A stretch of 64,000 bases of DNA from Blastocystis sp. Blastoise (Eukaryota; Protista; Bigyra: Opalinata). The notes under the pieces are model-generated. The model searched no databases and had not been told where the DNA came from. It saw nothing but the letters and a program-made list of their open reading frames with translations. The stretch is from assembly GCA_039096225.1 (NCBI GenBank), contig JBBPEB010000007.1, forward strand, positions 248,001 to 312,000, given 5' to 3'. Shown piece by piece: positions 27,479 to 49,559 of this stretch (within the stretch, counting starts at the first letter, position 1; the number at the start of each line of letters is the position of its first letter). The position numbers and the translations under genes are program-made.

Positions 27479-29288
27479 ATGAATTTCATCTATTTCTGTT
27501 TCTTTTTATCTATTGCACTTGCTGATTTCTCCATTAGTAATACATTAGGAAGCCATATGGTGTTACAAGTATGTTTTTATCACAAATATTACTATAATAA
27601 ATTATAGAGAGCTCCAAATAGAGCATCCATCTATGGCTCATGTGATGTTGATGATGAAATTGTAGTAGAATTAAAACGAATGAATTATACTGCTTTAGTT
27701 GATGAGAATGGTTTATGGAGAGCTTTATTACCACCTACTGAGGCTGATGATATACCTTATACCATATATGTTTATTCTAGAAAGACAAATACGATGATTA
27801 GCCTTGAAGATGTTCTTTTTGGAGATGTATGGTTTTGTTCTGGACAGTCAAATATGGAAATGAAGATATACGAGTGTTTTAATCCAGAAAAAGAGTATGA
27901 GGAAGCTTCTTTATATCCTAATTTACGTCTTTTTACATTAGCTCATAATGAGCAAGATGACCATGAAGTGAATGATATAGCTTCAAATCAAGTTGTTTTA
28001 CATTGGACACATCCTACTCCTGAAGCTTTAGGTAAAAATCAAACTACATATATATTTAGTGCTGTATGTTGGCATTATGGGAAGTCTTTATATAATAAAT
28101 TACATATTCCTCAAGGTTTAGTTGTATCTTCTGTTGGTGGAACTATGGTAGAAGCTTGGAGTCCAAATGAAGTATATACAGAAGAATGTCCTAATGATGG
28201 TTATGATAAAAAAAGTAGTATGAATATAAATGAAATAGAATCACTTCAAGATCCAAATAAACATTGGTCTTCTTTATGGAATGGAATGGTTTATCCATTT
28301 TTAAGAATGACTATAAAAGGTGTTTTATGGTATCAAGGAGAAGCAAATAGAGTAAATCCAGGTAATAAATTAGAAAAAAGTGGTTATGCTTGTCGTTTTC
28401 CTGCTATGATTCGTTCTTGGAGAAAATATTTTTCACAAATAGAAGGAACAACGTCATCTACTTTTCCTTTTGGTTTTGTATCTCTTAGTGGTTGGTGTTT
28501 ATCAGGTGCTTGTCAACCATTAAAAGAAACACCTACAACTATATATGGTGGTGCAGTATTAAGATGGTCACAACAAGCGGAACATATATTTGTTCCTAAT
28601 AATGATTTAGAAAATGTATTTGTTGCTATGTCTTATGATTTAGAAGATTCTAATGTTCCTATAGTAAAGAAAGGTGTTATTCATCCAAGAGATAAAGAAA
28701 GTGTAGGTCAAAGATTAGCATTATCTGCACTTCATGAAGTTTATCATTATAATAATACATATACAGGACCTATATTAAATGGATGTTCTATCAATAATAA
28801 TACATTAACTATAGAATTTGATAATTCTTTATTAAATGGAGAATTTATAGCTATAAAACAAACATTTGGATATGATATTCAAATTAAACATAAAGAATGG
28901 TATCCTGTTTCAATTCTAAATGTTCCTACTTCTTCTTCTATTCTTCTTAATATTGATTCTATTCAAGATACTATTACTGGATTAAGATATGCTTGGAGAT
29001 GGAATCCATGCTGTCCTCTTGTGTATATTTATATTTTTGTTTTTTTATATTTTTTATATATTTATTTTTATTTATATTTTTTTTAATATTTTTTATATTT
29101 ATTAATATATATTTATAAATCTATAATATATATATATTACTGACACAATATAATTCTATAGAAGTACAGATACTCCCTATGTGAAATGTATTGAACGTTC
29201 TTGTGCTGTTTATACATCAAACAGTGATTTACCTGCTGTACCTTTCACTGTTTCTATTGAAAACAATAAATGTGTGTTGCCTTCTTAG
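27479..29288 (+). CDS. SIAE: Secreted sialate O-acetylesterase (SGNH/SASA family), 3 exons
   Basis: Signal peptide MNFIYFCFFLSIALA, then GSHMVLQ/RAP, DVLFGDVWFCSGQSNM, FSAVCW, VGGTMVEAWS, IKGVLWYQGEAN, IHPRDKESVGQRLAL, LRYAW, LPAVPF. Confidence 0.92.
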
Positions 29289-29789
29289 AATTGCAGTTAA
29301 AAAGTTATTCTTTTTAAACTCTTTTTGTAGTGTTTTGTGTGCAATCTGTATTTTGTTATTTTTATACTATTTGTAGAATAAAAAGAAAGTAATATAGAGA
29401 TGAAGAAGACAAATATAGAACAATCTTTATTTTATATATTCCTTTCAAGTATATTTTTAATAAAGAATCATCTCGTGACAGCTGAGATTTGATTAAATAA
29501 GAAAATATTCATCAAAAAAGAAAATCAACCTTTGAATTCCATTTTAATTGTTCTCTGTTTATTAATAAAGTATATCTAAAATTAATTTTAAATGTACTTA
29601 ATAAATTCAGCAAATACAGAACGAGCTATAAACAAAACAATAGAAAATGAAATATTTTTGAAAATGAAGAGAAACTGGAAGTAATTTGGAAAATAATCAA
29701 AATTTTTACTTTCAATAACAAAAAGCATTTGTTGCTTCTTATTCAAGATTTATCTAGTTTTAAAATATATTAAACATTAGTTAAACGCA

Positions 29790-31480
<1,691 letters not shown>

Positions 31481-32498
31481 CCATGAATCAATTGAACATC
31501 CTTTTTAAATATTATAAAAAAATATTATTTGTAAACCCTGTAGAGTCAATTTATTTTTTTTTCATCATATATATCTTTTGCTTTATGAAACTATTTTGTT
31601 TCGCTATTATATTCTGTAATGAAATTCATCTAGTCATAGAAACCTGTCAAAAAGCATAATAATGACAAATAAAACATTCACAACTGTAGACAGGTTTTTC
31701 CCGTGTAGCCCCATTTGGTGGTACCCCTAAGCGCCAAAAAAAGTTGAACACGCTCTTAAATATGTTTTAAGCTCCACTTTTTGACCACCAAGTGGCGCTT
31801 GATACTCATTTTGTGTATTTTTTTTTATAAAAAGCAAACACAACATTACTTTTTTTTTTAATTATTTTGGATTAGAGTATATAATTTTGAATATGAATAA
31901 TATATATTGTTTGGAAAGTCGATGATACTTGTAATTCAGTTGAAAATGTTATAAAAACAACTAGTTAACGGTGATGGAAAAATATTGTATTAAACTGTTG
32001 AATATGGGTGTCTGCTGTGCTTATTTTGATGTAGACAGTTAGAAGAACCTTAAATAAAAGTAAAAAGAATACTACGATTATATCAACATTTTCTTAATTA
32101 TCTTCTTGTTGAATAATTTGCATTTGACTGTGCTTAGAATACTTGGTAGACACATTATATGACTACTGTATTTAAGGATATCAAAAAAATATTTTAAACA
32201 AATTAACTTTTTTTCCTTTTATATTCTTTTTAAAGTTAATGAATAACATTCTATAAATAAATTCTTCTTAATTCTAAAGGATGTAAGCAAATATAATTAA
32301 TAGTTTTATCAATAAATCCATTTATAATAATTCAATGATTTTTATAATCTAAAGTCAAATAGTAGGCAGACTTTTTCTGTTTTAAGAAAATTCAGTGGCG
32401 ACTGACTTTGTATTAAAAGAATTACACTGAAAAATTATAAAAAAAAAATTAACTTTGTTCTTTTAATAAAAAAAACAGCATTTTAAATACATATTCTG

Positions 32499-34512
32499 AA
32501 TGAATTATTAGTATTTATATTTTATTTTTTATTCTAGCTATCTCAGGAAGTATGTATCATCTCTGTAGTATTAATATTTTCTCTTTATTTGATACTCAAA
32601 GACTTAATTGCAATTATATTCATATTTATTTATATTTATAGCTTATTGTGAGTATTTCAAATAATTAGACCTTGATTCAGTTGTGATAAAGCAGTCAGAA
32701 GTATGTTGAACTAAGTATTGTAAATGTTGATAATTATTATTATTTTTATATAGGTTATTGATAATTGGAATGATTTAAGGTACTCTGACAAGGTATACGA
32801 ACAGTTTCAAATCAGAATAATTTCAAAAAAATCAAAAAGGGAGAGAATGGGAGATCATTTGTTTTTGTATATATTTATTATTTTATATTATTTATTTATT
32901 TTAGTTTAGGATATTAAATCTACTACAATAATGTCATTTTGGATTATTCGATATTCAAAATTAAGAAACAAAAACAAATACAAAAATTCTTATAGGTAAA
33001 TATTTATGCATATATATATTTTTATTTAATTTTGTTTTTTATTTAATTTATATTATTTTACAATGCTATTCTAATTATAGTAATTTTAAATATACTGAAT
33101 ATAGTTATTTTATTGTATATTTACAATTAGTTCTTTAAGTTCAATATTTTATTTATATATATATTTTACTTTTAATTTTTAATAATATTTTTTTAATAAT
33201 ATTTTTTTTTATAATAGTTTTTATCTTATTTATGGTTTATATAGGAAATTTTTAATTAACAAATGATGTTTAAAACAATTTTAATTGAATATGATGGTAT
33301 ATATGTATACTTTTTTATTATTAAGAAGAATATATATACATATATATACATTTTTTATTTAATATATATGAATATATTTATATTTATTTATATTTAGGTT
33401 TTTAAATAATATTATTATATACAAAAATATTAAAAAGAAAGATACAAAAGAGAAATGTTTTTTAACAAAATTTATAATAATAGTATATATATATATATTA
33501 ATTAAATAATACTTTACAGGTATATTCAAATGAACAAGCTAACAGAAATAGTGAGTTTTTATAGAAATTTATTATGTATCTATCTTATTGAATCTATAGA
33601 AAACCATATATATACACTATATATATTATTATAATTACCTTTTATCCTTTTATTATATTATTATTCTTCTATAGTTTACAAATGTATTTAATATGTATTA
33701 AAATACATACAGAATCTGCTTCTATTACTGCTATATTCAATTCATTATATTAAAATAAACAATTTATTCTGTATATATATATCATTATTATCCTTATTAT
33801 AATCATAATCTTTAATATCTTTATAAATAGAATTTCAATACCTTCTTTGTCTTCTTAATCGTCTTATCTTTTGTCTCTTGATAATATTCCTTCTTCTATA
33901 AATATATACAAAGACAAATAATATTACCAACAGAAAGAACTTTAAAATGAATAATAGTATAATAAAGAGTATTTATTAATATACAAAATAAATGGAGAGA
34001 TAATAATTATTGTTATTATATATTTTTTCATTTATTATGATATTATTTATATAAATATAATATTTATTTTTAACATATATATAGTCTTTTTAATGTATCG
34101 TCTTAATTTATATGTATCTCCTCAATTCCGTTATGTATAATCGTGAATAAAACACTATTTGTTAAAGGTTAATAAACTGTATATCTATTACTATTATTAT
34201 ATTTATTATTATTAATGTAGTTTGTTAGAAACCGTTCTTTCTGTATAACTAAATCATAATTGAGGCATTATTTAGATAGTAATAATATTGAAACGATTGT
34301 ATATATATATTATTATCATTATATTTATTATTATTATACTTAATATACATATTTATATATATATATATAGAGTCTGTTCTGTATATGCCTATGAATATTA
34401 CAGAATTACCATAAATATTTTGACTTATATATATCGAATTCATCTAATTTTATTAATGGCTTTTGTGAAGACTTTTATAATATATTCAATAAATAAAGTT
34501 GATGATAGCTAT

Positions 34513-34552
<40 letters not shown>

Positions 34553-34715
34553 GAGAAGCAGATACTTCAATTCCTTCTCTTTATCCTTCTACTGCGGTTA
34601 TTTTAGATTATTCAGTTATCAATCAGTAGATATTATTATTATATATTATATATATATATATATAGATTCTTCTCTTTATCCTCTTCTATCCAATCACAAA
34701 TTGCTACGTCATTGA
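32499..34715 (+). pseudogene. Heavily decayed multi-exon gene of unknown product
   Basis: Exon-like blocks bounded by GTATG/TATAG (e.g. VIDNWNDLRYSDKVYEQF, KYFDLYISNSSNFINGFCEDFYNIF, EADTSIPSLYPSTAVILDY) carry many stops and frameshifts. Boundaries are approximate. Confidence 0.4.
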
Positions 34716-35997
34716 AAGTAAGCGTTGATACAATTTGTACTTATCTAACGCAAATTAACGATGGAATCAATTCTATTTTCTAAATTCTATATATATAATA
34801 TATAATATATATATATAATATAAACTTATTTTCTCAATTTCTTTGGTTTTAAATATTTTTTAACTTTTTCTTTTTAATGTTTTTTTTTATTTGTGAATTT
34901 AAAAATAAAATTGTATATATTATAATTAACTACTTCGTTAATAAACAAGTATAAGATTTTTTGACATTCTCAACAAATTAATTGGAAAAAAATATATAAA
35001 TAATCAATCATATCTATATAAAAATAAAAAATCTCTTTATGATATAACATAATCTTATTCTTAAATTAAATTGTACTAAATAATATAATAGTTGTTTTAT
35101 GTAACATTTTTTATATCAAATGTATTTATTCTTAGTTTGTTAATGTATGAAATCATAATCTTTTTTATTTATAGCTTAATAATATACATATAAAAAATTT
35201 TTTAAAATATAAAAAAAAAAAAAAAAAAAAAAATGTATAATTTTTATTTGTTAAACATGTATACTATATAGTATAATACTTTTTAAGCCTTGGAAGGTAT
35301 TATTGAATAATTGATATTTCTGTTTAATAAACTCCACTATAACTTCAAAACGGTTTTCAATGACTCTGTGAGTCATTTTAACGTTGTAGAAAATGATTAG
35401 AGTAAAAAGGATTAATAAACAATCATGTGTTTCAAAAGGTTACAAGCACCTCATAGTAGAAAATATGAAACACAGTTTTTAAAATAAAAGCTATAGTATT
35501 TTAATTTATATAAAGACAAAAGAAGAAATAGCATATAAAAGAAGTATAAAAGAGTCATTTCTCCAAGTGAAAATCCACAAATATTGTAGAAAAAGAGAAG
35601 ATATATAGGTAAGTGTATTGATTTCTCAAAAACAAATAATCAATTTCTATTGGCTAAAAGTGAGAAAGTTAAATCACAGAAAGTTGTCACAACTTTCTAT
35701 TATCTGATAAGTACTTATTTCAACTTTCTTTCTATCATTTTCAATAAATCCCCGTTGGAAATTATCATTTTTAACAAGACACAATTTTTTTAAAAGACAC
35801 AATAAAATTAGAGATATAGACAATTAAAAAATTATTGGTTACTCTAAAAATCTCGACTTTTGATTCGATAATCTCAAAAGATGACGTTTTTTGAGATATA
35901 TATGACGCATATAGTCTTTATATCCCTCATAAAATTGTTACATTTCTTGTTTTGACATATTTATTTTGCTTTATATTTCAATAAATAATAAATAAAA

Positions 35998-38900
35998 ATG
36001 AATAATTTTATGAAAATTTTTATTTTTATAATAAGCGTCATCAGTATATCTGTCAGAATTAACTTTTTCTTTTTCAATCATCGCTGTCTTATTTTTTTCT
36101 ATATAGTTGCTGGATCTTGTTCTACTGGTGAATATGAAGTTATTCTTGAACGTCAATATGCTAGTAATTCTGGTGAAGTAGTTAAGATTGCTTCTGCTGA
36201 GTCATCATTCCTAAGAAATAATAATGTTTTCCGTGATGAATCTGTTGCTACTCAAGATTCTAAGGTTGAATATAAAGTGTGTATTGATGGAAAGAAAGAT
36301 TATAATTTAGAATTATCTTCAACGTATTGTTTTATGTTATTTATTATCTTAAATATATTTATTATAGTGATTCCAAAGCATGGTCTAAAGATTCTTTTGT
36401 TACTTTGACTTACAATAAAAAAAATATTGCTAAATCTAGTTTAGAAGAAGCTGATAATGGAAAGAAAGTGATTAAATTTAATTGTATATATTTATATATT
36501 ATTATTTTTTATTTATTTATTATTTTATTTATACATTATTTATTTATTTATTATTTTATTTATTTATTATTTTATTTATTTATTATTTTATTTATTTATT
36601 ATTTTATTTATTTATTATTTTATTTATTTATTATTTTATTTATTTATTATTTTATTTATTTATTATTTTATTTATTTATTATTTTATTTATTTATTATTT
36701 TATTTATTTATTATTTTATTTATTTATTATTTTATTTATTTATTATTTTATTTATTTATTATTTTATTTATTTATTATTTATTTATATAATATTATTTTA
36801 TTTATATAATATTTATTTTATTTATATATTATTTTATTATATATTATTTTATTATATATTATTAATTTATTTTTCTAATTATAATATATATAGTATCATT
36901 AGAAAGCATTTCTTCTTTATCTAAAACTATTCCAAAGTATACACAAATGGATTCTAGTGAAAAGAAATCAAGAAGACTTGATGCTACTGAAGTATGTGTC
37001 AATATTCGAAGAGTTACAACAGATTCTGCTTCTAATGAACTTGTTACTATTACATCAGAAGATGGTACTGTAATCGGTTCTATTACACAAACAGATAATA
37101 GAGATGAATTAATTGAAAAGTGTGGTCCTGTAGGAATATGGCAATTTACGCTATCTAGTACAAATAATAATATTTGGCAATCTGGTTCATATTTAACTGT
37201 GTCTGTAATAGATAATAATAATGAATCAGTTATTGTATCTAAAATGAAAACTCTTAAAACATCAACAGAAATATACTATATTAATACTGAATACTCCTTA
37301 TCAATGAATTCTTCATGGAAAACTAATAGTTATAATACTATGCCTACAGAATGGTATTCATTAGATGATTCAAATTGGAATGCTATTACTTATCCTTCTC
37401 CTATTTCTCCTTCTTCTTCTCAACGGTATTTTGTATTTCGTAAAACTATACCTACTCCTTCTATTAAAAATCAAAAAGGATTTATATTAAGTTATAAAAC
37501 ATTGTCAAATACTAAGATATATATAAATAATCATGAATTAGTTACGTATGGATTTAAAGATGGCTATACTGAATCTAATGAATCATCTACTATTATAGAA
37601 CAAACAACTACAGGTCCTCTGTTCTTATTCGATAATCAATCAACTATAACTATATCCGTTATAATATTTGATAGTCAACATTCAATTAATATATCTTTTT
37701 ATGGTTCTCTTCTTATAATAGTTGATAAACATGATGATATATTGAGAAATAAGGATAAGTTTGAATATAATGACGAAATTAGTAAAAATAGAAAGTTATC
37801 TGATGAAACAATTAATAAAGAGTATGCTGATTCTGCAGCAATGCCTATTGTTTATTCTTATGATAATATAACTCCTCCTAAACATTGGTCTACAAATCTA
37901 TTTAATGATGATCTATGGTCTACTGTTTCTTCTTCTTCTTCTCTTCCTGATGTTCCTAATGATAGTATTACTCAATATTATAGAATACATTATACTATAG
38001 AAACACCACTAAGTTTTTATTATCGATTAGATATTTATGCATCTACCTATGCTGGTATGATTATATATATGAATGGAGTAGAAATAAGAAGAGTAAATAT
38101 GAATGATGGTGATAATGTCGAATATAATACATTAGCTACTGCTGAATATAATGAATATAAATCATTTAGATCTGTTGTAGGTGCTTTTATTGATCGAAGA
38201 ATACATTTCGTAGGTGATAATATCATTGCTATTGAAATACATAGATATAATACAATTATTCAACCAAATAATGGACTTTCTGTGACAATAGGTTTTACTG
38301 ATCCAAACGTTCCATCAATAGCAGGTTCATGGTCTGCTAATGGTGATGTAGATCCTAATTATCCCTTAAGTAATCTATATGATTATGATAAAAATACATA
38401 CACAAAAGTACTTAATAAATGTTCAAATACTATATTCACCTATACATATAATGATGATATATGTGTAAATCTAAATGACTTATATATATATTATCAGCAT
38501 GATTTGAGTGAATCCTATAGTCCTGAATCTATTGTAATAGAAGGAGCTTATAATAATGGTGGACAATGGAATGAAGTATTTTCAAAGGATGAATTAAATA
38601 AGAATGTGAAATATTATGAGAAGTTGAATGTAAATAAATGTTATAATACATATCGTATGAGAATTACAAAATGTGGAACAGATTCAAGTATACCTGAAAG
38701 TGAACGTGAAAGTATGATTGTCCTAAATGAATTAGATCTTTATGTTTTAAATTATGGTTGTGTAGATAAAGAATGGTCTACAGCTAGCATGGATCAATAT
38801 GCTTATAAGATATGTCCTAAAGGATATACCAGTAATGCTAAACGTTTATGTATGGATAACGTATTACTATCAATTGAAGGTGATCCAACATGTATAAAGA

Positions 38901-41159
38901 TGAATCCTTCTGAATTATTTTTTGAACAAACAAATATTATTATTAAAAAGAATAATTTCTATGAACAATATTATACAATAGATGCTGTTGATACTGTTAT
39001 AACAAGTTCTCCTACTCTTCCTGAAGGTATTATGATAGATTCTGAATCTCAAAGAATCTATGGTACTCCTACTAGTGAGTCTTCTCCTACTACTTATACT
39101 CTCTCTTATACAAATGATGAAGGTGTTATTGTAACCTTATCTCAAATTTCTATTATAGTTACAGATTCATCATGTTTTCCTGATAATAATTGGCCAAAAA
39201 CTAATCTTGAATCTACTGTTTCTCTTCCTTGTCCTACTGGATATAGTGGTAGTATTTCAAGATATTGCAACTCGGATTGTTTATGGGAAGAACCTGATTT
39301 GAGTGAATGTATATTTAGTTCTACTCCTTGTACTGGTACTACTTATTATAATGGTTCACAATGTGTAGAATGTGAAAATGGTATTACTAGCTCTCTTAAT
39401 GGAAATAATTATATATGTACTCCTTGTGAAGAGGGTACATATGTATATAAGAATAAATGTTTTAATCATTTATATTGTGAAGCTGATGGAAATTGGCCTC
39501 AAACGAATCCTGAAACTACTGCTAAGAAATCATGTCCATTCTTATATAAAGGAGATATTACTAGATATTGTAATGATAATATGATATGGGAAGAAGAAGA
39601 TAATAGTAATTGTGTAGAACTACCTCCTTGTACTGGCACTACTTATCTTAGTGGTACTGAATGCGTAGAATGCGATGGTATTGTTACAGTTGAAAATGGT
39701 AAGAATATAGCATGTACTCCTTGTGAAGAAGGTACATATGCATATAATAATAAATGTTTTAATCATTTATATTGTGAAGCTGATGGAAATTGGCCTCAAA
39801 CGAATCCTGAAACTACTGCTAAGAAATCCTGTCCATTCTTATATAAAGGAGATATTACTAGATATTGTAATGATAATATGATATGGGAAGAAGAAAACAG
39901 TAATAGTTGCATAAAGCTTCCTCCTTGTACAGGTAACACTTATCTTAGTGGTACACAATGTGTAGAATGCATAAATGGTGAAATAATTACTGAAAATGGT
40001 TATAATATTGCATGTACTCCTTGTGGAGATGATGAACATATGTATAATGGCAAATGTTTATCTAATACTATAGTCTGTCCGGCTACAACTAGTGGATTTG
40101 TTGATCTACCTGAAACAAAAGTAGGTAGAAAAGCAGCTATACAATGTTCGAATGATGCTAAATTTGGTTATTATTATGTTTCATGTGATTATATATCTGG
40201 AGTACCTACTTGGTCAAATGATATTGATAAAAGAAATTGTTGTATGTAATTCATTTATAATTTATATATTATTTTATATATATATATAATATTCTATAGA
40301 TCCTCGTCCTTCTGTTGAATCTGGAAAAGGATTACAACTTTTAGATTATACGTTTAATTTAAATGCTTGTCTTGATGATATAACAGATATAATAATTCCT
40401 TATGCAAGAACATTTATACATACATATCCTTATGAGTTAACAGATCTAAAAATGGCAACTAATTATGATGAAAATGTATATATTTCTAAATTATTATTAT
40501 ATTTTATATATAATATTATTATTATTTAGAAATGCCATACTCTTCCTCTTCAAGTATATTATGGTACAAATACAGAGATATATGATTCTGCTACTTATAA
40601 ACAAAAATTATTTATTAAACACGTAGCTGCTTCAACATCAAACATTCAAGAATCTTCTTCTTCACTAGATGATAGAAAATGCTATTTATATGATTCTGAA
40701 AGCGGTTGTCAACATCTTCAAGAAGGTTATCAAATCATTCCTACTAATAGTTATCATTCTGATACATATTTCTGTAAACAACATCAATTAAAATATACTT
40801 CAATGCCTGTAAGATCTTTTGATATTTCGAATACTAATATATATATTCTTGGAATAACAATTGATAAAATGGAAAATTCTTGGGTTGATCCTGAAAATAT
40901 TGCTGCTGTTTATAAATCTATTATTGCTTCCATTGATCTTCCTCTAAAACAATTACAATTAATTGATACAACTTCAAATACATTAAGTAAATTACTTAGT
41001 TTCTCATTCTATATTGCTTTCCCTGAACAAATTGAGATTAATTCTGATACTTTAGATACTCATATTGAAATATCAAAATTGAAAGAACAAATCAAGACTA
41101 TTCTCACATTTGAAAATTCTGAAATTATGACTCAATTACTTCATTACAAAAGTATATAA
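35998..41159 (+). CDS. Large secreted Cys-rich protein with jelly-roll-like, Ig-like and HRM-like/furin-like repeats (6 exons)
   Basis: Hydrophobic N-terminus. IYINNHEL and IYMNGVEIRR..GDNIIAIEIH are galactose-binding-like. SPTLPEGIMIDSESQRIYGTPT is a putative Ig signature. Repeated C..DGNWP.T......CP....G.I.R.C.....WE (HRM) alternates with CxxC modules. No C-terminal TM segment seen. Confidence 0.85.
36508..36780. repeat. Intronic 13-bp minisatellite (TTTATTTATTATT)n
   Basis: About 20 near-perfect copies; these cause the spurious IYYFIYLLFYLFI ORFs. Confidence 0.85.
39416..40010 (+). repeat. Coding tandem duplication, period 297 bp
   Basis: TGTACTCCTTGTGAAGA at 39416 and 39713. The HRM cores (FNHLYCEADGNWPQTNPETTAKKSCPFLYKGDITRYCNDNMIWEEE) are nearly identical at the DNA level. 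Confidence 0.9.
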
Positions 41160-43197
41160 TGAATAACTGATCCCTCTATTATTATTAGATATATATTATA
41201 CTTATTTAATAATAATATATAACTATTTATTTTTATATATCTTTGATAATATACTTTTTTTGCATTATATATTTACTTAATATATCAATATATTTTTCTT
41301 AATTGTTTATATATTTATATTATTATTAATATTTTTTTCACTCTATTATATTTTTTATATTTTTATTGATATACATTTTATTATAAAATAACTATGTTAT
41401 TATAATGATTATAATAATAATTATATTATAATTTAATCTGTTTTTAAATATCATTGCGAACTGTTTATAACAATTTCTTTATATATATAATTATTGACTA
41501 TATATAGCAATATATATTATTATGTTTTTTTCTCATGTATTTATTTTTTATTTCATATTTTTTGTATACTCTTATTCTTATTATTCTTATTCTTATTATT
41601 TACATGAATATGCATAATACTATTATATATTTTTTGCTACTATTATTATTCTTAAATACCTATATCTCATTCATGATATATATGATATTTATATAATTGA
41701 TACATATAATGATTATCAAGTTCCGAAATTATTCTTTCTTGATATTTTTCTATTCCTATTACTATTACTATTAAATTATTCAAAATGTTTGTTTTGTTTA
41801 CTATTTATTATTCATTAACGAGAATTATTGTAATGATGAAATTTAACAATAGATTTCGTTTATGTAAGGAACAAATATTGCATTCGTTATATATATAATT
41901 GTTATACTATAAAACTCTTCTTTATTTTAAATAATAATGAAATTAATTCTTTATAATATAACTTTGTTAAAAGAAATAGAATTTTAGATACATATCATTT
42001 ATTCACAAAATATTCTTGAGAATTGAAATAAAATGATTTTATTATTAGTGAATGAAAGGATAAATACTAGATATAAAATATACTTTTTTGAATATATAAA
42101 ATTTTCTTTTATAATTAATATGTGATATTTATGAATATTAAGGATATCTATAAGTCATGTAATAAATAGAAAAATTATTTCACTTTATATATTAGAAGAT
42201 TTATTATAAAAATATTATAGTATAATTATAAATGAAATTATATATAAGTTTATGTATTTAGACAAAATATTAATACATAAATAATATATGGAATAGTACA
42301 ATATAATACATGAAATTTTAACTTATATATATATCGAAGAATATTAGTCATACTCTTTCTGTTACTATTCTATATAAAACATTAATGACTCATATAATGT
42401 ACTTTTTAAAATCGCAGTCACTTTTCTTTTTAACGTGAATCATCACTATTATAATCTCTAAACTATTTGAAATACATAATTGACGCAATTAATATATTTA
42501 TCATATCAAGTTTCATTAATATTATTTATTTAATATTATAAATAAATCACAATTTACTTAGAACCTGCTAATATGATTAAATTCTATTCTATTGAAGAAA
42601 ATGAAGATCATTCAACTACTAAATTCTCATAGAGTTCTTTTGTCACAGTATTCATTGTACAGAAAACAGTAAGAAGATGCCTAATATTTTCAAAACATAA
42701 AAGAGTCCTCTTGACATAATAAATTCTCCAATCATCCAGAAATATGAGTTTTCATTTATTTATACCAGTGGTATTGATATAGAAAGACAAGTCAATCATA
42801 TATTCACAATAAAAACTCAGCCTTGATGCTTTATTCACGATAGTATTCTTAATTAACTTATGATATATACGTTTTTAATATCATATGCATGTAATATATT
42901 ACGATTAACTTAATTTCATGCATTTAAAAAGAAATTATTTTCTTAGACTCATTGTTTCTTCTCTCTACTTTTATCAAAAAGAAGATTTTATAACTACAAA
43001 CAATGAAACGCTATATTTATAAATGATTTAATTCTTCATCTTATCTAAAGTCTTCATAATTATAACAGCTAATGAAGAGACTGAATATGTAAAGAAACAA
43101 GAAATTAATCTGTTTTTACAGATTGTAGTCTGTAATTTGACCCCTACTACTTGAGGAAAATTCGATAATTTACTGTAATAAGTGGTAATAATATCAG

Positions 43198-43336
43198 CAG
43201 GGTTCACCTCGATGACTCTCTTGGAGTGCAAGCATCTTAAAAGAGACAATTCTATGGGTACTTTTAGGCGCAGAATGCGTAGATAAAAAATCTCTTAGAG
43301 TACAAACCTTATTCAATTACAGTTTGGCGAACCCTG
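43198..43336. mobile_element. Possible hAT-like miniature element
   Basis: CAGGGTTCACC...GGCGAACCCTG (10/11 inverted match). The right end read inward, CAGGGTTCGCCAAACT, resembles hAT Charlie/Buster-type TIRs. Flanks AATATCAG and AATATAGC are only a degenerate duplication. Confidence 0.45.
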
Positions 43337-43565
43337 AATATAGCTTTTCTATAATAAAACATTATTCCAAATTTGTGTTTTCTCATAGAAATATCTTAAA
43401 AATAACATGAAATCTTCAAGATTACCGCAAATATATTTTTTTGTTTAAAAAAAATATTTTCAAAGTTATCTTCTCTTGTTGTTCTTGTTATAAAACAAAG
43501 AATATATATTTTATACGATAAAGTAACAAATAATATAGAATCTAGTTCATTTTATTAACAAAGAT

Positions 43566-49559
<5,994 letters not shown>

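Noticed and set aside
31700-31735. RNase MRP-like AATGGGGCT (minus) and telomerase-template-like CCCTAA (plus)
   Set aside because: No matching GAAAGTCCCC partner, and less than 1.5 telomeric repeats.
42540-43130. Possible transposase or gene relic left of the hAT-like repeat
   Set aside because: Only short stop-riddled frames with no recognisable motif.
43220-43235. TTGCACTCC on the minus strand, resembling the U1 snRNA loop II
   Set aside because: No ATACTTACCTG 5' end or U1-70K loop at the expected spacing.
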